DNA of 64,000 bases from Lytechinus pictus. Taxonomy: Eukaryota. A program made the position numbers and the translations under genes. The stretch lies in NCBI RefSeq assembly GCF_037042905.1, contig NC_087252.1, forward strand, positions 2,110,001 through 2,174,000. The letters are read 5' to 3'. The first letter of the stretch is position 1. Each line of letters begins with the position of its first letter. The notes below the pieces were generated by a model. The model made no database searches, was not told where the DNA came from, and was given only the letters and a program-made list of their open reading frames with translations. Positions 26,815 through 39,546 of this stretch are shown piece after piece.

Positions 26815-27656
26815 GTAGTCTTCGTATTTCATTCAGAATTTTCAGTGACTTATATCGGGGAGGGGCAGTAATCAAATTTGTTTATATGCAAAAAATTACT
26901 TTTGTTCTAAGGTCACATTTAGCTTGGCTGTGAATAAAATTAACATGCTCGATCTGCAATGGAACATACGTATTGTTTCAATGGGAAACACATTAATTTT
27001 TTGAAAGTTTTTTTAATATGGTTAATATTATTTTGCTCAGTTCTTATGCATTAATTTGAATTGACATTATGTCATTTTAAATAAGAATAAATGGACTGAA
27101 CTGAAGACTCTCGCAACACCCATAAACTATGGATTTGTCCCTTAATTTGATTGACTGGATTTATTCCTTTTCATTCAAATTCAACAACAACGTAATATAC
27201 ATAAATAAAAAAAAAAACCCTCTGAATGACAAAGCTGTTTAATGTGGCTTCCCTGCAAAATCGATTAAATATTTTTGTTAAATTTCTATCAAGCAAAATA
27301 TATATTTTGATTCCTAATTGTTGTATCTAATTCAATTTTTATCTTCACGTCCGTTCGGTGATAAGTGTCTATGGATGACAAGGGGAGCGTAAAATTGCTG
27401 AATATTCAGCGTTATAATTTTGAAAGGTGTCAGAATTTGCTTCTATATTTAGATTGTTTCATTTGTCGAATACACCTCCTCCCCCACAAAAAAACACACA
27501 CACGCAAGAAGAAGAAGAAAATAAATCATGAATCGTTTTCAATTGATTAGCCGAATTCTCACATCCTCGGCTTTATAACCTGGAACTAATAGTTTTGGCT
27601 ATTTCTTTCACCAATGCTAATAATTTGCTTGAAATCATTGTTTCCTACTTTCAAAG

Positions 27657-27952
27657 GCCTTTATCGACATGAATATCCCGACGAAGATGTCATTGAAGAT
27701 ATCTGCAGTAGACTTGATGACGGTCAAATACGGAATCTTCTTCGAATCCTGAAACTTAAGCCTGATCATGATGAACAAGATCGGAAAAAAATAAACAAAA
27801 TGATTGTACGCTGGGCGGACAAGTGGATGAGAAAGTATGATTCCTCGGCTATATCATTTAAAGAGAGAAGATCAGTGAACGATGAGCTTGTTAGAGCAGG
27901 GTTTTATGAGTTAGCCCATGAAATCATGGTACTAGAATATTCCAAGTTCTAA
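27657..27952 (+). CDS. Copy 1 terminal coding exon, death-domain-like
   Basis: cctactttcaaag|GC; VIEDICSRL...LLRILKL...KMIVRW...ELVRAGFYELAHEI...EYSKF then TAA; AATAAA at 28236. Confidence 0.8.
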
Positions 27953-29579
27953 TATAGGAACCACATGCTCAGTATTTTTGTCTTTATTGTTAGATATTGA
28001 TGGGTTCTGTTTCATCTGTAAAAATGTGAAATCTACCTTTAATGTATGAATTTGATAGTTTCGTCTGTGTTTTATTTGTTATTCTTCAACAACATGAACA
28101 AGAGATTGCTAGCGTTTCCGTGTTCAAAATGCAGAATTGACGTGCATACTTACACTGTACCAAACAATATTATTGTACGTCATTGTACAATTGCGTGTAG
28201 ACACGAAAATAGGTTCGATCTTTATAAACTTTTGAAATAAACTATTTCATGAAAATTAGAATATAATGAAAAGCATGCATTGATCACTGATCAAATCAAG
28301 TGATGAGTCCAGTGCTTCTCCAGGTAACATTAATCTCTCGATCCATTTGAGCATGAGTAAACATTAATGATTTAATGACAGCTTTTTAAGAACTAACTTA
28401 AATCATGATAGATTCGAAAAATAACCAAAAGAGTGATAAGTTCCGTTATTTGCACTTAGTTGTAATCCAAGTTTTACCGCAGCCGATCCTAGAATGTGAT
28501 GGGATTGAGGACGGAAAGATGAATTGTAGCAGCAGCAGTAGAAGCTATACATGTAAGAAGCGGATATCATAACATGTGCTTTTATAAGAGCCCGGTTTCT
28601 ATGTATTAATGTGCAATTAAAGTGTTTGCTGTATTTTATGGAAAAAAATGCTATCTCAGCTTTCCTATATGAATGTAAGATACTAAAGCACATTAATCAT
28701 TCGAATGCTTAGATTAAGGGTAGGCGTAATATGATTTCAATCAGTATGACTTCACAACTCTCTGCTTTATTTGTGTACATATTGTGTGAAAGACGGTGAG
28801 CGATGATCACTGTGTAATATAAAAATATGTTGTCGTGCGTGCCAAAAATATCCGTACAAAAATAAATAAATAAAACAGGCAATTGTGCATCTCTAAAATA
28901 GGAAAGAAAAACAAACTTTATCTTTTAACTTAACGTTAAATCACCGATTAAAAAGTAGGTAAGTGGTTAGATTGAAGCTGTCTGACTTCAATGTAAGAGC
29001 AAGCCCATGGAATCTAAACTTTTATTAAACTTTTCGATTTCTATTCATTGTGGTCAAGACAATTACCAGCAGACCAAACTTCCGATTTCATCTTTACAGA
29101 CATTCGGAACCTAATACAGAATTCCGTCTAAAGATAATACAAATGCCTACTCTTTGATCGAAGGTAAGGGCATGGTCTAAGTCTGTTTATAAATTATGGA
29201 AGGCCAAACATATCAAAATTTTGCTGATTGTTTCTTCTCATGATGAATGAGGAAGAAAATAAATGTGATTGCATTTTTTTTTCACAATAAGTTTATTGGC
29301 GAATTCGCTGAGTAAAAAAGAAATACATTTATCCTGGTTGGGCACCCTTTTGCTATACACATCAAAGAGTTAGACTGCGGTGTAAGATTGACCTCGGGTC
29401 AAAGGCAAAAGATGTATACCTGTTTGTTGTATATTGTTGGTGTGTGTGGGGTGCGTCTGCATGTGTGTTTCACTCCATTTTGATAGGCCCTGGATGCATG
29501 TTATTTTAATTTCAATGAATTTCTAAATATTACGTTGTATTAACTTCCTGATTTGCAAAGATTGCAGAATCGTTTACTG

Positions 29580-31035
29580 CAAAATGATTATGGAAAGATA
29601 TTGCTGACAAAATCGATCAAAATCAATTCGGTAATATAAGAAATTTGTATATATGTCAGTATCTTATCGGATTACTACATGCTTTATACGGTTACGCTGA
29701 AAAGCCTCTTTCTGTATCCACAATTTTTTTGACTGATTTCTCGAAAGCTTTTGATTGAATTAATCATAATTTGCTCGTCAATAAATTATTAAACCTTCAT
29801 GTTCGACCATGTGTAATCTCTTTGGTAATTGATTTCCTCCCTCGATAGTCGTCAGCAGGTTGTAAAGTATAAAGGCCAATTATCTTATCTTAAACATAAT
29901 GGTGTAGGTGTGCCACAAGGGACTAAACTTGGCCCGATTCTATTTCTAGTTATGATAAACGATGCCTGTAGAGATTCTAGTATGTCATATTTCACATATG
30001 TAGACGATCTGACGATAGTAGAATGTAGATTAAGATCACAAACACCACAGTTGCAAGTTCAGTTACAATGTATTCATTCATGGACCTTGGCAAATAGTAT
30101 GAAATTGAACCCACTAAAATGCTGTTCAATGTCATCTTCTTTCTCTAAGCGACCTTAACAACCATAGTTTTTTTTGTATATTGATGGCATCCCATTACCT
30201 TCTGTTAATAGTCAAGATACTTTGCGTCATGATCCAATCAGACCTAAAATGGAATGCTCATGTTTAAGAAATTATCAAAAAATGTAACAAAAAACTATTC
30301 ATGTTACGTAGATAAAAAATCTACAACCTTCCTGTTTGTGATCTAGTCACCGTTGATATTGGCTACGTAAGACCAACCTTGGAGTACTGTGTACCTCTTT
30401 TTACGTCTGGTCTTACTAGCAGACAGATTAATGATTTGGAATCTATACAAAAAAGAGCTTGTCGAATTATTCTTGGATCATCAAAATACAGTTGATATGA
30501 TGATGCATTGGTTGAGCTGGGATTACCAACTTTATTGTCCCGATGAGAAAAACTTACTCAAGATTTTGCTATTTGTTTTGAAAAAAAATTACTTATGTCA
30601 GTCTTGGTTACCTCCTCAAATAAATAATATTTTCCTTCGAAATGCAAACAAATATACAAAATTCAAATACAAGACAAACAGATTTGAAAACTGGGCCATC
30701 CCTATTCTTGTACGTGTGCTTAACAAATATTACAAATCATAACTGAAATAATTTGAAAATTCTTAAACTTTTGATATAAATGCATGCTTAGAAATTGTGA
30801 ATTATTTTTGATAACCATTGACGTATTGTGTTTTATTAAAAGTTGTATTATGAATGATTTTATCAATCTATCATATATCCATCTTTATAAATAAATTATT
30901 GTGCAAATGTATGTGAATAATTTTGAATGTCTGTATTTTTTACCATGTATTTTTAATTGATACCCTGTAAAGCATGTGTAGTTCAGTTTTTACTGCGAAA
31001 CATGTCTATTGAATAAACCATTAAATGAATAAATG
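29580..31035 (+). pseudogene. Degenerate LINE reverse transcriptase fragment
   Basis: DFSKAFD at ~29735, GVPQGTKLGPILF, YVDD; frameshifted; AATAAA near 31012. Confidence 0.85.
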
Positions 31036-31959
31036 AACATACTGTATGATAAGGTCATAGCATAATTAATTGGTGACGTGATGATTCAAATATTTTTTGA
31101 GTTGACATTTACCGCAGTGATTGCATGTCAGTCTGCTCTAAAATATTAATATAAGTCTATCAGTAATATTCATCAATTATCAATGTCTTTGTAAAGTTTA
31201 GTGTTGAAACACAATAAAGAGAAATTCATGCAGTATCATTTTGTTTCAAGAAGTTGTAATTTTATTGCCTTGTGTGAATAAGATTGCATCTTTGGGATGA
31301 ATATACCGAATGCAAATCTTTGATGCAATATACTCAAATTCTTGTAAATGGCATTATGACACGTGATTTATCGTCTGGTCTCCCTAATAGCGACTAATCG
31401 TGCACCTTCATTATAGTTCAATAAGGTAGTTGACCACTTGACTTTCGGCTAAAATTCATTGAAAAGGAAGAAATGATTTTGTAAAATTTTGTATCAAATT
31501 GTGAATCAAATCATAATTCTCTATCAATATTGTGATCGGCATATTAGAAATAACTGTTAGCATTCATGCTTTTTACAGTGACGCATTAATTACCCTAACA
31601 TGTAGTGATGTAGCATGAGCTCACAACAGTCCGCCACGAGGGGATTCGTTAATTTTGAGAATTCTTTCTAGATATTTCCATTGTTGATGAGGTCTATTAT
31701 CGATTGGTCTAATGCCAACTAAATACCAACTCGTCATTTGGTCTACCATCATTTTGTCCACTATCCACATGGTATAAGTGCCATTTCGTCCACTCACCAT
31801 TTGTAATTAACAAGTTGGTCCAATAGCCATTTAGTCCGTATACCATTTGGTCTAATTGGACTAAGTGCTAATTAGGCGAAATGAAATGGATATTAGACCG
31901 ATTGGTTATGAATATGAATGATAATTGGACAATATGGTTAGACGAAATGTTGATGGACG

Positions 31960-32815
31960 GAATGGCTTTAGACTATTAAAAAGAAGGTAGACCGTGCAAT
32001 GAGTGGACAATTTAGCAATAGACGAATTGGCAATTCACCTTGATAAGGGGCCGATGAGGTTTGTCAACGGTTCATTGAGGTTGAGGTTATGGTCTTTACA
32101 TTTTTTTTTGGGTAGAGGAAGGCAACTGCTATCAGTAGATGGCATTATATGGTAGGGTGTCATTAGTGAAACAAAATATATATTTGTACTAAGAAGAATG
32201 GGCCTATAAAATCCGTTAAAAATTTATGTTATAAGAGAACAATGTTAGTCAACTGAAAATAAATTGATCTAACAAGTTAAAACCAGAATCAATTGCAATT
32301 CAATTCAGAGTCATTAAAACTCATTAAAAGCAATTTGCAACATGAAATCATCTTGAATGGTGCATTGTGATCATGGAAATAGCAAGGTTCCTGTGCAATA
32401 CAATATTGTGCGAAGATTCCAAGACAAACATAATTCATAGTTATTTATGATTATTCGGTAATCACGCATTTCATTTGCATTATAAATCACCCGGTATATA
32501 AATATGGTAATACAAACATTGAACTTGGTTATGTATACATGATTTATGGATATTTGTGTTTGCTTCCTAGTACAAATATATGCTGTTGCACTAATGACAC
32601 GCTACCATATTATGCTATCTACGGATAGCAGTTGCCTTCCTATATATATATATATATATATATAAATATGTATTTACATTAGACGGTATAAAACAAACAA
32701 AAGACCATAACTTCCACCTCAATCAACCTTTAAAAAATACACATCGGCACCCATCAAGGTAAATTGCAAACTCGTCCACTCATCACACGGTCTACCTTCA
32801 TTTAGCCTAATGCAA
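31960..32815. repeat. Imperfect inverted repeat (~230-bp arms)
   Basis: ggaaggcaactgctatcagtagatggcat versus atgctatctacggatagcagttgccttcc; gaaggtagaccgtg versus cacggtctaccttc. Confidence 0.7.
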
Positions 32816-33250
32816 TTTCTTTTGAAAATGATATCCAAACTGTGCTAAAGATATTTTACTTTAACCACATGAGCATGAATGTAAATCAATAAAACCTCCT
32901 TCCATGAGCTTCTTTGTAAGACTGTTCTACATGAAACATGCAATTTGATGTCAACAAAATATGAGCAAAGTAATCATAAACGTTTATCATCTGATCCAGG
33001 GTGGGTATCAAGTTCAAGTGTCTACATTATTGAGTCGCAATGATAACCAACGATGATAAGAATGATAAGAGTTTTTAAGTTCACCCTCTCCATGTAGTCT
33101 CTTTGCCATGTTCACGAAGATGAATTTGAAATTATATTAACGATTGATGTCTAACTTTTGTATCACCTGCATAGCAGAACGAGACTGTAGGTGCTGCTTT
33201 TCCAAGGTTAAGTCTTTGAAATATCATAACTTCCAAAGTGTATGAACCTA

Positions 33251-34765
33251 GAGTGCGTCCCCCAAAACCAATACACTTTTGAAATGGCTGCCAAATAAAA
33301 AATATAGCACTATGGGGAAAAACACTTACATATATGGAAGCCAATAAAGTCAACTCTCAAATGACAACAAAAAGTTTGAAATCTATTTATGCTTGAGCGA
33401 GCACTGCCCACTGAAACAAAGGGTATGAAAATTAGGCTGGGCCGGAATTAACCTTCCTATTTATGTCAGTTTTCGAAAGGCAAATCCTTTGGAACTTGCA
33501 AAGTTAAAGGCGTTGTGATAAATTAATGATCAATCGTGACCAGTTTTGGTTGTTTAAGCAAATTTCATACATTATTAAACTGAACTTTAATGCATTAGTG
33601 AAGACAAATTACACTTTTTGGGCAGCATTTCAACTTTATCACGTGAATCTCAGCAATGTGTTCATGGGAGTCGGGAGAATAAGGGGTGAGATAGGACTTA
33701 AGTTGGAGAAGTTAATTGGTTGATGGAATAAGGGTCAACAGAACATTCAGCCCCCCCCTTCCTGTCTCCCGCTCTCCCGGCCCCTCCTGTTGAGAGACTG
33801 ACAGCTATTGTCATGTACGCGTGAAGTCCAGAGCAGAATTTAATGATACATTCTTAATTGGGACATCAACTTATCCTATATCAATCATTTAATCAACAAT
33901 TTATCAGTAAATCAAGTCATTCAATGTGCAATGTGATCAATCAAACATTGAGGTTTATTTTCAATAAATTATTTCATTAATCATCATAATCATAAATCTT
34001 TTAGAATCGTTGAGTGAAAAAAAAGACCACCAGCCACCGGCCACTTGGCAGTTATGTTTTGAATAGGATACAATCCAGGAAGTGAAAGAGAGAGAGAGAG
34101 AGAAAAAAAGTGGGGAATTGGAGGTGAAGGGGGGCGGATGCCTATGACTATTAATTTGTGAAAGGACGAAAAGAAGAGGAATGCCCTTTTAACCAAGTCT
34201 TAGCATATCTCGCCCTCTTGCTTGTAACATGTACCATCACATTACTCTGACTCTCAGGAAACACACTTCTGAGGTCCACAAGATGAATATGCTACACTAA
34301 AATTACAATTCCTGTTCACTCATACATTAAATTTCAATTAAGTAACTCATGAAATTTGCCTAAGAAACTAAAACATATCTCACTCATTAATTTAGCATAA
34401 CAACCTTAGCTTTGCAAGTTCCAAAGGACTAACCACTCAAAAAACTGTCAGGCTAATTCCTATCCAGCCTAGCCGAGCTTAGTCTCTCAGGTGGACAGAA
34501 GGGGGGAGGGTCGAGATGGAGGGAGGGGTTGCTAAATGTTCCTTTGACCTTTATCCCATCAACGTACTACACCTACCTAAGTCATATTACCCCTATTCTC
34601 CCGACTCTTATGAACACACTGCTGAGATCCACATGAAAAAGTCAAAATGCTGCACTAAAAATTGCAATTCATGATCACTCATGCATTAAATATCAATTTA
34701 ATAACGCATGAAATTTTCTCAAACAACACACTGATCACAATTGATCATTAATTCACCAAATACAA
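33251..34765. mobile_element. Third, one-end-truncated copy of the same Tc1/mariner-type family
   Basis: starts GAGTGCGTCCCCCAAAA...GAAATGGCTGCCAAATAAAAA; shares internal blocks; right TIR not found. Confidence 0.75.
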
Positions 34766-34856
34766 CCTTTAATCTTCACGTGATTGAATAAACAGAAAAC
34801 CTTATATACATAATGCAAACTTTATGTTAACAAGATAAAAATGATCTCGACAGAGG

Positions 34857-34956
34857 ATGGCTAACTACAAGACAGGTACAGCTATACAAATGGCGGTCAA
34901 ACGAATACACCTCTCTCTGTGGATCATATCTGCTTTTGTTATCTACTTCTCTTTAG
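34857..34956 (+). CDS. Receptor gene copy 2, signal-peptide exon
   Basis: ATG 34857; MANYKTGTAIQMAVKRIHLSLWIISAFVIYFSL G|gtatgt; phase 1; joins the 50878 exon to give ...YFSLGIRG-DVP, a plausible cleavage site. Confidence 0.7.
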
Positions 34957-37550
34957 GTATGTAGTGATTTATTTATATTGTATGTAGTATTTTTTAAATG
35001 TCTAATGACCGAGTAGTTACTAGGCTTAACGATGTTACGTATAAGCCTTTAGAGCAGACACATTCATATCAAGGTAGTTTGGCCAAAATTACGTTGTAAC
35101 GCTCCACCCACACATACATATAAAGCTTCGTTTTGCCTCTATCAAATTCGAAAGGGGAAGGGGGTTGTGGAGCCGTGATATGTGATATGTGCAAACGCCG
35201 GGATATGTGCAAACAACGGTATATGTGCAAAATTTCGCCGGGATTTGTGCAAACGCCACGCTGGAAAATGTGCAAATCTGTCAAAATTTATCAACGGCAT
35301 CTGTTCAAACGTGACGACGGGATATGTGCAAATGAACAATTTTCACGGGAAAAGTGCAAACCTCCGGGATATGTGCAAATTACTGTTTTTATCCATATTA
35401 AGGATATTTATCATGAAATGTTTCATAACATTACTGTTAAAATGAGAAACATGCCTGCATAAGGGAGAAGCTACAGCTAGTGTCATCGGCAATGAAACGC
35501 TTTTCAGAGAGGCAGTGGGGGGGGGGGGGGGGCACCAGGCTTAGTGGACATTTGCTCTGGCGACAATTGCTCCGATGGAAATTCTAAACATTAAGCGAAA
35601 CATAAAAGCTAACCTCCAAAACTAAATACACCCTAATCGTAATCATGACAATATTCTGAACCAAAAACTCTATCACAATCCTAAAACTTATCCTATGCCT
35701 TCTGAGATATTAATTGTCGCAATTTTCGCAGGAGTATATGTCGTGTCACCTTAAAGGGACATTTAGTACTGTTTCGAACACTGCATGGGGCAATTATTAA
35801 AGGGGGTGGGAGAGGCAAGCATGATTTCCACTGATGCACACATTGAACTTGATCTGTTGATTTCATTTCCAGATTTCATCAGAAGTTGTCGAATTTCTTT
35901 AAAATTTAATTATAAACCCAAAATGTTTTGATTACTATGCCATTTGATATTAATTTTTTTATGAATCTATGAACATTCAAACAAGACATTGTTTCCTATC
36001 TCTTTTAACACACCCAAAGTGACGTCAGCTTGTGTAATATCAGCCACATGTGTAAAAACACTGTACCCACTAACGTATATAAAAATATTTCCCACACAAT
36101 CATGTCATACTAGCGCACTTTACCAACAAGAGGCATTAATTTTGAACTATATACCCACAAATGCGATGCACTTTACTCTCTAAATGAAATATTTTTAGGT
36201 TGCAATTCATACACCTCGATTTTACAACGAATGTTCCATATGATATGAATGCAGGGGCTGCGATCCGGGGGAAGGGGGGGCAGGGGGTTCACAGTGCCCC
36301 CACTTTTTGAAGCACTAAACAGTTTTCCCTTTTAACCCAAGAACTTTGCCCCTTTCATCTTAGAAGGACCTGTTTATGTGTTAAAGTGTGCCCCTTTACC
36401 TTTTTATAAATATAAGTGCCCATTCTCGTATCAGATAAGTTTCCATTCCTTAAAACCGTTCTTTTCATGCCCTGTCATTGTCCGTTTTCCTTATTTCGCG
36501 TTCTCATCCCTTCTAAAAGTGCATATTTTAATAATAAAAATCATTTTAATATGTTCCTCTCGCCCCTTTAACCCTATCTAAGCCGGGGGGGGGGGGGGGC
36601 CTCGGAGGCCGATGCTGGTAGTCTCCTTTTCCAGACCCAATGCGACCTTACCCTACAAGATGAAGGTTATTAGTTTACTTTTTAATACTCAGTCTTGGCC
36701 ATATATTCTTCCAAACAACAGGATTAACGCTATACCTGGACTAGCTAAGCGTAGTCTTTACTCAGAACCCGGTGGTTAAAAAGAGAAATAAACTTTACAA
36801 TTTAAACCTCACCATCTTCTAAACCATTGCCATGTCATCAAGCATATGGATATAGAGTTATTATTTTCTCCAGACCCAGTCATTTGAAAAAAAAAATCAA
36901 GAATCTTCGAAACGTCAATCCCGTCATCTTCAATACAAGAACCTGTAATGTAGCACATGGGTATACAGCGTAATTATACAGTGGGTGTACAGTGTAGTTT
37001 TTTTAATAAATGGATTTGGAGTAAAGGCTATGCTATAGGTACCCGTGCTTTGTTATACTTATAGACTATTAGTTTGGAAGATGATGGGGTCTTACTATTT
37101 AAGTTTTTTTTATCACCAGGTTTGGAGTAAAGACTACACTCTATATCCATTTTTTTCCCACAGATATGAGACGGTGGGGTCGTCAAATTGAAGATCTCCT
37201 AATTTTTTTTAATAACAGCGTCTGGGGTAAAGACTGTGCTCTTATATCCATGCTTTCTTACAGGGTCTTATTTTTTAAGATTATAACATAATTTTTTTAA
37301 ACGGGTCTGGAGTAAAGACTACGATATGTACCCTTGCTTTATAACGGAGTCTTAGTCTTGGGTATTAATTCTGAAGGTTTTTTAATCAAACCTCTGGAGA
37401 AAAGACAACGCTTTATATCCATCTTTTTCACAGGGATGAGACTGTGGGGTCTTGAAAATTTGTTTAAATAAACGGGTCTGGAGAATTGAGAATACGTTAT
37501 ATACACGTTCTTTATAACAGAGTCTTAGTAGTGGAAGATGGCGGGCCTAA

Positions 37551-39348
37551 AGGAGAAATATATTGATTATGAATGTGGTCTTATTATATATGAATGGAAA
37601 GGTAATGATGTGGGGATTATCAGTGGGTCATTAAAAAAATACCGAAAATAATACATTAGGTGAAAATCGCCGATTAAAAAACGCTAAAATGCCTCTCCGA
37701 AATATGCCTCGCATCGGTCTCTGAATTGACTCAAATTTGATGACGTCAGTGTCTGTACGAAAGGCGTGATTGGCTCTCCCACGTGAAGCTCCACTTGCAT
37801 GCAAAACCAGTTGCGAGGGTACGTTTTCTCCACACTGTCACTGAATACTTCGATCACGAAATGAAAGAAAACCCAGAATTTTATCTAGATTTGGATTTTC
37901 AAATTGATGATTTTGAAGATGAAGAGAATGATGATGAAATGAACAACAAAGTGACATAGTTGGAGGTAAATTGGGGGAATTACGAGGTTTTATCGTAATT
38001 TAAAAAATAATACAAGATGTTACTATATTTTTATATAGATAAATGATTCCCCGAGTTTCGTAATTTTGTAAAATTAATGAGATAAAAATTACATCTAACA
38101 GAACGAGTGACAATCTATCCCAGCCACATGAAGTTTATCGTCGGTGCATACCGTCTGCTGCTATTCGTTGATTTGCCTTCAGGTTCGGATTATATTCACT
38201 TGTTTGTAAGTACAGTTATATCATTATTTTCCTTCTTCATAGTCACAGAGGTAAGAGGGCATGCCGGTAAGAGACTCTGTCTGGACAGTGTGGTAATTCA
38301 TTTTCATGAATTCAATTTGGCCCGCGCGGTGTAGCTAGCACTTTTAGCAGCTACATGAGTTGGTAGCGAATCGGCATGTGATCGTGTTGCAAGTTGAATT
38401 GTCCGACTCATCATCATTTTTGTTTTGAATAATATTTTATTTTCTGTCTCTTTCAAATCAATAGGTTTACAATCACAATTCATATAAATAAAGATTATTT
38501 GTATGTATACAATCAATAAACAATCAAACAAATAAATATATCAATATCAATGAGATTACGAATATTTTTAAAATGATTACAAATGAAATTAAACTGCTAA
38601 ATTTCTCTTCTATAACAATGTGAAAGCAGAGGGGAAAAACCCGTATCAATCGACAAAATAAAAAAAACGTACTTTGTAAAAAATGACTTTTTCCCTGAAT
38701 AGAATAGAAATAATCTCTTTCGCACATATTAATTGTACAAGAAATAAAAAAAGGATAAAAGATTATTTTGAAGGTTAATTAGAGGAAGGTTATCCTAAAA
38801 CGTCCCTACACACTCACCTTACCCCATACCCCCTCCCCCCTCATCTCTCTCCCCAGACACTCACACAAGCTCACTTCAACTCACCACCACTCACAGCTCC
38901 CCCCCCCTCTTCCCCGTCACAAAACTCACACATCCATCTACACACGTACACCCACACACAATCGGCGTAATTCCCCCAATTTACCTCCAACTACGTCACT
39001 TTGTTGTTCACTTCATCATCATTCTCTTCATCTTCAAAATCATCAATTTGAAAATCCAAATCTAGATAAAATGCTGGGTTTTCTTTCATATCGGGATCGA
39101 AGTATTCAGTGACAATGTGGAGAAAACGTACCCTCGCAACAGCTTTTGCATGCAAGTGGAGCTTCACGTGGGAGAGCCAATCACGCCACTCGTACAGACA
39201 GTGACGTCATAAAAAAATCCCCAATTTCGCGGACATAATTCTGCGTGTTTGAAGCATTCAGAGAGAGAACTTTAAACTATCACTAACTGAGTTTCATCGG
39301 TCTCCATGATAAATGATGTACACCATCGTGTTCTTCTTATTTTCTCCT
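37551..39348. mobile_element. Kolobok-like non-autonomous element with ~245-bp subterminal inverted repeats
   Basis: CTAA|AGGAGAAA...TTTCTCCT|TTAA; 37741-37985 is closely matched in inverted form at 38965-39210. Confidence 0.75.
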
Positions 39349-39460
39349 TTAATTTGATATATGATTCTCCATTTTTACGATTTTCAATATATTTCTTAAA
39401 TAGTTTTGAATTTGTTTAATCACCCGGTCTGGAGCAAAAACTACACTCTAAACCCAGTAA

Positions 39461-39546
39461 CCACCGATAGCTCAGTTGGTAGAGCGGAGGACTGTAGATG
39501 ATTGATGATTAACCTTATGTCGCTGGTTCGAATCCGGCTCGGTGGA
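39461..39546 (+). tRNA. tRNA-Tyr(GTA) with a 13-nt intron (39498-39510); may be a variant or pseudogene
   Basis: acceptor stem CCACCGA/TCGGTGG; D arm GCTC-AGTTGGTA-GAGC; anticodon GTA at 39494; T arm GCTGG-TTCGAAT-CCGGC; discriminator A; T-run terminator follows; one A:A mismatch in the anticodon stem. Confidence 0.85.

Noticed and set aside
28990..29170. Possible 5' UTR exon of copy 2 (donor AAG|gtaagg near 29163)
   Set aside because: Plausible, but supported by only one donor-like motif
35069..35462. Cys-rich ORFs in several frames (DMCK / ICAN repeats)
   Set aside because: They are translations of a short gatatgtgcaaa tandem repeat, probably part of a MITE
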